NCBI GenBank assembly: GCA_964247055.1
Contig: OZ176055.1
Coordinates: 8,990,001-9,054,000, forward strand
DNA: 64,000 bases
Origin: Paragordius varius
Lineage: Eukaryota; Animalia; Nematomorpha
Direction: 5' to 3'
In this document: positions 26,140 through 38,100 of the stretch, piece by piece
Position numbering within the stretch: position 1 is the stretch's first letter
Layout: each line of letters starts with the position of its first letter
Made by a program: the position numbers and the translations under genes
The notes under the pieces: model-generated
What the model was told of the DNA's origin: nothing
The model's input: only the letters and a program-made list of their open reading frames with translations
Databases searched by the model: none

Positions 26140-26370
26140 TCATAAATATTTATGATAATGATGGATATCCCCTAGTTTTTTTAAACAAACTCCGGATATA
26201 ATTGAGACAACTTGGACCATAAAATGCTGTTGTTTGATACATATCTGTACGGGCTGATAATTGAGTGATGATTGGATTTTTCTAGCGGAATTAGTTTTCT
26301 CGCTTTCTGCTATTTTTTCGGTCTCATCATATGAATTATACGTCATTTTTTGTAGTAGGCTCTGTTCAGG
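26140..26370 (-). CDS. Candidate terminal coding exon convergent with ATR, possibly belonging to the 30315 gene
   Basis: TATTTAG acceptor followed by 76 open codons (PEQSLLQKMTYNSYDETEK...SGVCLKKLGDIHHYHKYL*). It looks more GC-rich than the flanking non-coding DNA. No homology recognised. Confidence 0.3.
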   Translation of the reverse strand, partial: PEQSLLQKMTYNSYDETEKIAESEKTNSARKIQSSLNYQPVQICIKQQHFMVQVVSIISGVCLKKLGDIHHYHKYL

Positions 26371-27019
26371 CTAAATATACTTTGGTATTTTATCATTTAA
26401 TTTATATTGCCGAAAAAAATGTTTGTTGATTTTAAAACTACTTATTGGAAAACGTGTAGGTCCATCTATTCCATAAAAATTATTTTTATTCAATTTAACG
26501 GTTTTAAAAAATGGTGGCGAAAAGTGTGAGATGAGGATACTTTTCAAAAAATTGTTTTATTGGCCTAAAAGGCTAAAGAAAGCATATCTTAAATTTAGAC
26601 TTAATAAAATTTAAAATCGCTCTGGAATATATTACCCCAAAATCTCATGAAAAGTAATTAAAATAAATTTGATAATAATGAATGATAATTTTTCCTCTTT
26701 TAATATTAATTAATCAAAAATAAAATATAATTGAGACATATTAGTTATTTCTATATTTAAATTTGTAATACAACATCGGATAAGCTATTCTAAAATTAAT
26801 AATTAAAAGTTATACATTCCATAATAGAGATTTAGTCCTATTTATTGGTAGCTAAAATTTGCCGATTATACCTAGCATATTCATACCCTCTAATTTATTT
26901 TTTTCCATATTTTAAAAAGGTAAGAGCCTTAATTTTTTTAAATAGCACATAAACACTTGGATACAGCACATTCGTTTTAGTCATTCAATTCAAATTGGTG
27001 TAACTAAAAGGATTGCAAT

Positions 27020-28430
27020 TAAAAGAGGAAGAACGTGATCTAGATATACTAAGAGAGGAGGATAAATTAGCCTTAAAACAAATTCATAACAGCAAAGCGA
27101 CGGGATTAGACAATATCCCAATAGCGTTCATAAAAAACAATTGCTATAGAAACGTTACACAAGTTATGCCAAGAGCTGTGGTAAACATATGAGTGGCCAA
27201 AAAACTGGATATATCTGTATATCTCCCAACAAAAAAGAGTCCAGTGCGAAAACTACCGAAACATAGCTCTTATTAGCTACGCTAGTAAGGCCATGCCAAA
27301 ATAATATAAAACAGGATGCACAGCATTAGAAATGCCAGAAAATCAGGCCGGATTTATGAAGGAAAAAAGCACAAGAGACCATATATCAAACATGAGAAGA
27401 ATAATGGAAACTTTCAGAAAAAATATACATGTGTTTTTTTACACACAAGCTTTTGATTCAATAAATGATAATTTATTGTGGGAAATAAACATTAAATTTA
27501 GGGGTATCGTCCCACTTATTAAGATTGATTAGCTCTTTCTATGTAAAACAAAGAGTGATTATTGGAACATCAGCGGGGGACAGAGAAGAAAAACCTATCT
27601 AGAAAGGAGTCAGAAAAGGGTGTTGCTTATCCCCTTTTCTGTTCAATATGTGCACAGAAATGATAATGATAAAATTAGATGGTAAAAATATTGGAGTATT
27701 AATAGAAGGGAGAACAATCAATAATTTAGAGTTTGCAGACGATACCTCTTAGCAGAAAGTGTGAATGATATAAAGAAATTGATTGAAGAGATTCGGAAGG
27801 AAAGTTTGAGTTAATGTCTTATGCCTATCCTAACAAAACCAAAATATTATCTACTGGAGAAGCCTATAATTATTATAGATAAAGTGAAAATAGAAGTAGT
27901 TAATCAATTAATGTTTTTGGGTGCTTTAATTTCCGACGATGGCTCTTCAACTCCTGACATTAGAAAGAGATTAAGATTAGGTAGAGAAGCGATGACCAAA
28001 TTAATAAAGATTTGGAAAACAAAAGCGTAGGGCCTGAAACTAAGAAAAGATTACTCTACTGTTTTGTTCTCCGGGTCACCACGTATGTTGTGAGAGCGGG
28101 ACTCTCACAAAAAGAGACAAAGAAAGGCTCATGGCTTTCGAAAGGAGCTGCTGGCGTAGGATGCTAGGATACATACACCTAGAAGGATAAAATTAAGAAT
28201 GGAAATCTAACTACCGAAATAAACCCTAAAACAAACATCCTGGAGATAATTTTAAAAAGAACGTTAACATATTTTGGTCATGTCACGCGATCCAATTCTC
28301 TAAAGAAAGTCACAATATTTGGGAAGCTAGAAGGACAGATGAAACGAGGCCGACCACCGATGAGGTGGTTGGATATGGATGAGACTCAGATGACTTTGAA
28401 CAATCTCAATAAGATAGAAAGAAGTGGAAA
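27020..28430 (+). mobile_element. Decayed RTE-clade LINE, reverse transcriptase to 3' end
   Basis: KATGLDNIP, ENYRNIALIS, NQAGFMKEKSTRDHI, QAFDSI, GVRKGCCLSPFLFN, NNLEFADD, FLGALISDDGSSTPDIRKRL, GKLEGQMKRGRPPMRWLD; multiple disruptions. Confidence 0.85.
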
Positions 28431-29744
28431 TCATTAGTCAAAACTATATCCAAAAAATTGTTTACAACTGAGGAATAACCAACCAGTGGCTCCAGGCCAT
28501 TCTAGTATTTCAAGAAATATGGAATAAATTGAAACCATGGCAAAGATTTGTTTATATAACACTGATAAATCGATATATTAAAATACAGATTTATTTAAAA
28601 AATTTCATATTACTTTTTTTTGCGATAAATCTTAAGGTAAAACTTTAGTCAGATTGACATGTGTGCATTAGTATATAAATAATAAATAGCCAACTTTTTT
28701 TTATTACATTTTCACTTTTTTGTCCTAGTATTTTGGATCAGTATACCACAGCTTAATTTTGTAAATATACAGTGAAAGTTATAGTTAAAATCAAACATTG
28801 TTAATAAAAACACTTCCTATATATTTCGATTCTGCTCAACATTTCAACTTCGGAATTTTTATTAAAATATTGGTTTCTTCAAATTTATATTAAATATATA
28901 TTATTATTTTACCAAATTATAGACACTTATAAATCCAAACAAATTTTTAAATTAAAATTCTTAGCTTATACAAATGTTTGGAATCATCGAGTTATATAGA
29001 AAAGTGTTTTTATAATATCGCGCTTTCATACCGTTTAGCCCTCATAATATTAAGAAGTCGTTTGAACACAATTGTGCTATAAATTAATTTTTGAGCAAAA
29101 CATCCATTTTTTCGGGAAAAACTTTTTTTGGTTAAATTTAGCATGATATAATTTATATCGCACAATATCGATATCTTTGCGTTTATTTTTAAAAAATTAG
29201 CCATTTTTAGAATGGCGAAAATACTAGGGACCTTAAGACCCCATGATCCTCATACATTTCTATCAGAATATGTTTTTTCAATTTTTTTATACTCTTTCCC
29301 CCTTAATGATTTTGGTGGTAGTGTAATACAACAGGCAAATGTACAACACAACTAAAATTTAAAACAGGTTGATTTTTAGATTAGCTATTAGGAGATTTTC
29401 TAATATTTGACTCTAGAAGATAAAAAACCGTAAATATAATTTTTATATCTACAGAAAAGAAATAGTTAATAATTGAATTTTAACCGATACTCTTAAAATA
29501 GGATTTATTACAACTTTAAGCTTGGGATAGCAAACACCAAAATCGTTTTGAAAAATTGAGAAGGTAATGAAGTATTATGTTAGATAAAATTAATTATCAA
29601 ATAAAATTAAGAGTCATATATTTTCTGTATTTCTTAGCCGTCAGTATTTGTTTCCAAGCTGGTTATAAAGAAAATATTTTTTGTAAAATCAATGTTAATA
29701 ATTATAATAAATAGATTAACTTCTATAATGTAATGATATTGATG

Positions 29745-30315
29745 CTACAAACATTTTTTAATCATAAACAACATTGTGAAGCTTTCATCTATGGTTTCAT
29801 ATAAATGGTTAATGGTATTAAACTGATTTTGAAGATATAGCATCATATATTCATCACTATAAGCATTCCAATTCCTCCATACAAAATAAATGTCCTTAAA
29901 TTGGTTTGATCGAAGACGTATCTAAAAAATTACGAAAAAAATGTGTACCCTATATTTTGTTTTAAAATGTTTGGGTGGTTCATACTCTACACGCAACATA
30001 TGGATAACGGTAGTTATAAGCTATATTTTAATTATCAGCATTAACAATATTATATACTTGATTGGGTTTAATAAGCGCAATCAAGTTCAGAAATTTGTCA
30101 AAACTAATTAATATATCAGTGGTGTAACAATGTTGTAAGGGATTATATCGTTTCCTAATTTCTTTAACTGTATAAAATAGCCCCTCAGTTTCATTTTTAT
30201 TTGAAGCTTGGGATTTATAATTTTTCGTTTGAGAAAAATTGATTGTTATAAGCGTTAGCACCAAGAGACATACAATCAAAAAAGTAATTGCATAAATTAT
30301 TTTGTCATACCTCAT
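29745..30315 (-). CDS. Unidentified putative type II membrane protein, ~168 aa as modelled (3' end uncertain)
   Basis: The ORF starts MRYDKIIYAITFLIVCLLVLTLITINF (short basic N-terminus plus hydrophobic helix). Removing GT-AG introns 30057-30021 (37 nt) and 29948-29922 (27 nt) extends the frame by 24 and 58 codons. No family recognised. Confidence 0.55.
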
Positions 30316-32111
30316 TGAAAAAAAGAATAATATGATTTTTACGTGGAATTAATCTTTATATCTTTATCTTTGTCACCAATGTGCGAAATGCTCTATTTAT
30401 ATATAGTATTTATTTAAATTCTTAACAAGAATTTAACAACTATATAAGGTTTACTTTTTTTAGGGTTTTGACATATTTTTTATTAAAAATAACCAGCGTA
30501 AACATGCTAGGCAGCCCTAGGAAGTCATTCGGACTTCTGGGGGGGCTATTTGAAAAAAAGGGACAATAAAATGATCCACATATGTGGATTATTTCGAAAC
30601 ATTATTTAATAGCTATGATCTCATAGGAATCTAACTGTGCATTAATACTAATATATTGTTACTTGGGCGAAAAATAGATTCAAAAAATTATTGTGGATAA
30701 AAAACGGCATTTTACGGGGGAAGCGGGTAAAAAGAGGGCCTAAATTAAAAAAGCGAGCCGACTATGTTGGGCGCAATTAAAAATAAGTAAACAAAAAAAC
30801 ATATTTGAAATTGAATGGTCCAACACGTTCTCCGGAAAATTGTCTCAAAAACACGATTTTTGTGGACTGTTTTCAAAAAAATCGTTTTTACACGGGGCGG
30901 GCCCGAACTGGGGACCTAATTCAAAAAAAAGGGCGAAGCTATTCGGGGCATTCATTAATGATTAGATTTCGATATTTGGATTTGAATGGGTCTACCGGTT
31001 TTCCGGAAACAGATCACAAAGAAAGCATTTTCCATTTTTATAAATATATAGATTACCAATTTTGGATTTTATTTATTTTAATTTATAGTTTACGCGTATA
31101 TTTTTTCGGATTCTGAAAAAGCGGGCGTTCTCTCTTCATTTGTCTCATAAAAGGTGACAAGATTTGATAATAAACATGAGTTTTATGGTGATAATGTATA
31201 AGAGCAAGGAAATAGAAGCAAATTCTATTTTCCAGACTTTTTAAGAAATTTTATAAAAAAATGACAATATTTTTATTTTATTAATTTTGCCGTAAGATAA
31301 AAAAAATCACCTAAAGCTTTTTTCCATATATAGTTTTATTTAAATTAAATGTAACATAGGTTTTTTGATATTGCCAAACCATAAATATCCTACAAATGCA
31401 ATTAAAAAAATTGATATCATTAAATAAAAAATTATTTCCACAATTAAATAATTAACGCTATTTATTGTTAATAACTACAAGGGACGACGATCAATACCGA
31501 TTGTCAATTGTTAGGGTAAAAATTTCACAATACACATAATTGGTCTTGTAAAAGCATATGTTATATGATAATATGGATATATGGCAAAAAATTGGTTGAC
31601 AATTGATTTTATGCATGATCTAGATAAAAATGCAACATATAATGCACAGTAAAAATTGAAATTATACAGACAAAAGAACGAAAAAACGAAAAAATTAAAA
31701 TTTTTTTAATTAAAAACATCTTATATTTGTAAAATCATGGCTCTTTTAAATATAACCCATTGTTTTGAGTTGTAATTAGGGAATATAAATGTAGTAAATG
31801 GTTTAGAATCGATTAAATTAAAAAATATAATTAATGGTCTATCCAAGAAAAATTTCAGTACAGTCTATGTGGAACAGTATGGATATCGTTTTTTAAATCT
31901 ATTTTGTCTTTTGATATTAACATTTTGTCTGTATAATTTAAAATTTTTACTTTGTATATGAATAAGTAGGTATTTACATTAAAACATCGAATATAAAAAA
32001 TGAGATTATATTAATAATTGCATATATATATATATATATATATATATCTATATATTTGGAAGCTGTTTAATTGGGCGATAAAGGGAAAATGCACATATCA
32101 AATATATCTAA

Positions 32112-35100
32112 TTATCGATTTTTTTGAAAAGTCGGGTTTCTGTAAGTGGACGTAGCTTGACGAAAGATTGGATTTTCACCCTATATTCATATTGTGATAT
32201 AATAAAAAAATTTATGTAATATAAAATATAAACAAGTACTATAATATGACAAATAAAATCACGTAAAATAAATCACACAGCACATGCAAAAACGATATTT
32301 AAATTCATTCAAAAACTAAAAATAAAATTTTAATATACATACATACATGCGATGAAAAAATATCTAATAATGAAACAAACGTATTACCGTAACCCAAAAT
32401 ATAAATGATTTAATAAAACATTCTATTATGAGCAATTTAAGAATTCAAAATCAATCTTCATGCAATTTTTTTGCATTTTTTTGCCGAAGCCTTTATCGGA
32501 AAATTCCATATAAATTTGATTTAAATCCAACCATTTTACTAAATTATTTTTAATGCCTAAAAGGCAAGAAAATTTTATTTTATAATCATAAATGCGTGTA
32601 TACCGTATCCCATTTAGCGGATGAAAGATGTTTTTGGAATTTGGCATATTCCCTTCGATCATGGATCATGGTTAATATTTTCCACACAAACAATAAAGCC
32701 AATCCAATAATAGTTATACCAATCACGATGGGTAATATGATTGCTAATACTTTAGGGGGTTGAGGGCATGCTATTTTTTTCATTTCATTTCATTACATAA
32801 CAATTTTACATAACACAAGTGAAACATGCATATATAAATAATTTTTTATGCTTTAATTGCATGCCTTCTAATAATTCACACCCTTGAACATTCAATGCTA
32901 AAAATAATTTTGAGTTTTTGAGTTAATGTATCTCATCATTAATATGATATATTTCTTTGTGGCATAGTTTATAATTTTTTCTGTTTTATGGAAATTTTTA
33001 AGCAAAATTTATTTTTACCAATAAGATTATAGGTAATTTTTGTGATATATAAAAACCATAATATAAGGTGAATTTAAAATGTTCAGGGGTTTTAAATTGC
33101 TCAAGGGTAATTTAGAGATGTAAATAGTATATATATAATTAAATAGCCCATACATTTGCACCGCAGATTTTACAAGGCATGCGAAAATAAACCTCGCCTC
33201 AAGGATTATATTACACCGTATAAAATCTCTCATTCGCCAGTCCATGTTCAACTTTAATTCAAGGGGACAAAAATTGACAATCATAGCTTTTTGTTCAACC
33301 ATGCAAATGGATATCGTCAATTAAAGACGTAGAAATAACAAAATCATAGCAAATATTCATGCCAGAGCGAGAATAGAATGGAATAGAAATGTATAAAAGA
33401 AAGTCAATACAACAATTGCAATTCATGCATTTTAAAATGAGACTTTACAATCGAAGTTCGAAAAAAATGTATTATTACAGAATCCCATTTAGCATTTTCT
33501 TTGTCCCGTTCAAATTTAGCAAATTCGCGTGTGTCATGGAGATAAGTCACCAACTTCCAAACGAACAAACATATAAGTCCAATCATAATGATCCCAGCCA
33601 CGATTGGCAGGATTATGGGTAAAAGTTTTGGAAAATTTGGGCAAGCTTAATTAAATTTGTAAATGAAAAAATTAGTGGGTTGAGAAATTTAAATTGAGTA
33701 TATTTTTTTGCTTTTGTTTTAATAATTCTTATGGTTAACAAAGTTAAATTGTGAGATAAACGAAATGTTGTTGAATAATATAATTTCTACCCATTATAAT
33801 AAATAAGCGTTTTAACTGAAGGTTGAGGTTTTGACCGCCAGATATATAATAAAACTAATCAAATACACTAATGAGAATGCAGTCACTCTCAATTATAACT
33901 GATATCTTAGTACAACACCTTTAATATAACTTAATTAAGATTTGCAACAACAAATTAATTTGATTGAAAAAGTTAATCGGTAAATTAAAAATAAAAGGTT
34001 TTCCAATCAAATGTTTCCATTTTTAAGCATATTTTTTTAATTTGAAAAGCAATCACAGTTAGTGTTATTATTGCAATAAATTAGTAAATGTTTATAATCA
34101 ATTACTTATCTTTAATCCCAACACCCATAAAATCATTTAATAAAGGTATTTATTTAAGATAGATATAAAATTTACCCTTAGTTTTTTGCACTTTAAGTAC
34201 AAGGGTATGATTAGCGTCGTAGAGATACGTGAAATAAAAAGTGCAACCATCATCATCCTTAAATTGACAAAGGGTATTACTACTACTCTCTTTGTTGTCC
34301 TGTTCTTGTGTCGGCGTTTGTGATGAATCTATAAAACATATGAGTTGCTTATTTTTACAAAACAATTGAACCACAAAACCACTTTGAAAAAAACTTAGTC
34401 TATAATATACCATTAACAGTTTAAAACCATTCAAATTCACCCTTGAACAATTTAAATTCACCCTCTAACAACTCAAATTCCCCATTGAACAATTCAAAAT
34501 CCCCCCAAAAAAATTATGTTTTCAGGCTCAAATAATTTATTTTAAATATGAAATATATTTTTATGGCTTAGTTTATTATTTTATTCAATTTTATTTAATT
34601 TTGAACAAAATTTCATTTTTTAAAAATGTAAAAAAGTATAGGTAATTTTTAATCTTAAAAAACACATGATTTTTTTGGGGTGAATTTGAATTTTTCAAGG
34701 GTGAATTTAAATTGTTCAAGGAAATTAAAGGGTAAATGGTATATTAATCCGAAAAAACATAATTTATTTTTAGGGTGGCTTTGAATTGTTCAAGGATGAA
34801 TTTGAAGTGTAAATGGTATATATATTCTTTGTAATGCTAAATTTAAACCTTGAATTAAATCATCAACAGTGATTATATTTAATTGGCCGCATTGCCTATC
34901 ACATTCAAGTGTAGTTATGTGAGTGCTTGACTTTTTCTTACCTACCATTTCATCATCAGCCAATATTGATGGATTTAGGGTAGTTGCTAATAATTTTGAA
35001 AGTAAATATAAATTTGATAATAGTTTTTTTTAAATTTATTAATGTAAAACTTTTCATAAAATTCCATTCATATTTTTAACAATTTTTTTTGTAAATAGAA

Positions 35101-38100
35101 AAATAGTCAAGTGTGATGAAAGGCAGTTATCCTATAAATAATTACTTGTCATGGTATATAAATGTTTAAACTTAAAAAAAGCACAGTTCTATATTTTTTA
35201 ATCAAACTTGGATAGAAAAGGTTGATTTCGATATTATTTAATATTTCATTTTAAAAACAATATTATTTTGTATTTTGAGTATATTGTTACAATATAACTA
35301 AATAAATATCCTGAAAGAATAAAATAATATGCGATTATATATGCCATAGATATAATCCAACAAATTTTTCGTAAACCATAAACTTTTTAAAATAACTAAT
35401 CCTAAATCCTCCAATATATCTTAATAAAACCTATTGTATATGATATCCTTTCATATTTTATTCAAATTTTTTCTCTCAAAAACCAAAAATACAGTTAAAT
35501 ATTTAATAATATAAATATAGTTGTGAAAAAAAATCATAAATAGACTCAAATAAATTTAAAAATATGTGAAATTACCTTTATTAATGGCAGAAATTTCAGG
35601 TAAAGCAGAGGTTGTTGATGAGCTCAATGGGCCAGACCCAAAAACAGTGCATTGAACACAGGCTCTGTGTTGAGAACATAGGCCTGGACACGTTGGACAT
35701 TCTTCACAGGTTGGACCGCGATATCGTTCGCTAAAAACACCTAAAATGTACAGTTTAAAAATTAATATGAAAAGAAAAGTTTGATTTTTATACACAGAAA
35801 AAATTGAAATTGTTATGACAAAAGGAATAATCAGAAATCGAACCTCTATAACGACGTTTGTTAATAACACCTAAAATGTCAAAAAGTAATTTTAAAAGTT
35901 TGATTTTTATACACAGTAAAAATTAAAATTATTAAGACAAAGGACCGCGATATCGTTCGCTAAAAAAACCTAAAATACATTTAAAAAATAATTTGAAAAT
36001 TGTTTAATTTTCACACAGTAATTGAAATTAAGACAAAAGGAATAAACAGAAATCGAACCGCTATAACGACGATGGCTAAAAACACCTAAAATGTTAACAA
36101 AAGTAATTTTGAAAAGTTTGATTTTAACACAGTAAAAATTGAAATTATTAAGACAAAGGACCGCGATAACGTTAGCTAAAAACACCTAAAATACAGTTTA
36201 AAAAATAATTTAGAAAAGAAAAGTTTGATTTTTATACACAGTAAAAATTGAAATTATTAAAACAAAAAGAACAAAGTCACAAGGAATAATCAGAAATCGG
36301 ACCTTTATTGTTAATAACACCTATGGTTTAGGAGTTTCAAAAACAGTATGAATTGAATTTATAAGGACAAACTTAAAGTTAGAGTTAGACATATATATCG
36401 TTCGCTAATCACGCCTAAAATGTTAAAAAGCAATGTAGAAAAGTTTGATTTTGACACAGTAAAATTGAAATTATTAAGACAAAAGGAAGACAAAGACACA
36501 AAGAAAAATCAGAAATCGGACCTTTATTGTTAGTAACACCTATGGTTAAAAAATGTTTTAGGAGTTTCAAGACAGGGAATTTATAATGATAAACTTAAAG
36601 AGTTAGACATGCACGTTAATAACACCTAAAAAAATTTAAAAGTTTGATTTTTATACACAGTAAAATTGAAATTATTAAGACAAAAGGAACAAAGTCACAA
36701 GGAATAATCAGAATCGGACCTCTATAACGACGTTTGTAAATAACACCTATGATTAAACAAAAATTTTTAGGAGTTTCAAGACAGGGAATTTTTAATGATA
36801 AACTTAAAGAGTTAGACATGCATGTTAATAACAAAAAGTAATTTGGAAAAGTTTGATTTTTATACACAGTAAAAATTGAAATTATTAAGACAAAAGGAAT
36901 AATCAGAAATCGGACCTCTATAACGACGTTTGTTAATGTAACATCTATGAGTAAAAAAGTTTTAGGAGTTTCAAAACAGTATGAATGGAATTTATAAAGA
37001 CAAACTTAAAGAGTTAAACATATATAGAATTAATATCCAGGTTAAAAAATAATTTGGAAATTTTTTAATTTTCACAGTAAAAATTGAAATAATAAGACAA
37101 AAGGAAAAAGACACAAATAATAATCAGAAATCGGACCTCTATAACGACGTTTGTTAAAAACACCTATGATTAAACAAAAAGTTTTAGGAGTTTCAAGACA
37201 GTATCAATAGGATTTATAAAGACGAACTTAAAGAGTTAGAGTTAGACATATATGGCATTTGCTAATAAAACTATTAGAATTTAAATAATAAGAAAGTTTA
37301 AATTAGGGTAAAAATTATATATAACATAAAAAATAGTTCGATAACACCTAAAATGTTATACAATTAAATAAATATTTAAATTATAATGACAAAACGTAGA
37401 AATAACTTAAAGGCAAATATTTTTGGCATAGATGAGAATTCATTTTTTTCTTATTTTGATTATTGCAATTTACAAATATATAATTAAGAAAGTTACCAAT
37501 TGATACCTTTATTTCATTATTTTGCAAATCAAAAGATTAGTTAATAAACAAGATTTAAAAGTTGCTTGTCTTAAAAAAATATTTGACTTTCGAATTTTGC
37601 GTGCTATCTTATAATTTTAATTTTTTCTGAAGACTTTTTGTGAAAAAAAAAACTTCAAAAAATCTAAATTTATTGATTTATAAAATTTAAATACCAGAAT
37701 CTGATTCTGTTTCATAGGAATCGCCAAAATTTGACCCAAAATTATTATTATTGTTGTTAAGGTTAGGTTTTGCATTACAAATGCAAACTCCACAATCACA
37801 AACACCCACGCCGTTACACAATTTCTGCACAAAATATATGTATATATATATATAAATATAGAACAATTAGAAGAAAATTCGTATTTTAAATAATAAAAAA
37901 TTAAAGTTAAATTAAAATAACAAGTTTGGTGATTACAAAACTTATGTCTTTTGGTCAAAAAGTATATAATTTTTCTTTATAATTTTTTTTTAATTTTATA
38001 ATATTACGCAATTATATTATATTATACCAATTACAATTCACCTTGAACAATTCAATTTCACCTGTGTTTTGAGGTTAACATTAACTCAACATTGATGCAA

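Noticed and set aside
32604-33645. Two TM exons as remnants of two tandem integrin genes
   Set aside because: There is only one ectodomain exon series and I found only one NPxF terminal exon; identical length and phase fit alternative exons better.
37617-37958. 113-aa minus-strand ORF, and plus-strand ORFs 41620-41828, 46930-47166 and 33389-33622
   Set aside because: They are wrong-frame or antisense overlaps of integrin exons 13, 11, 6 and 17a.
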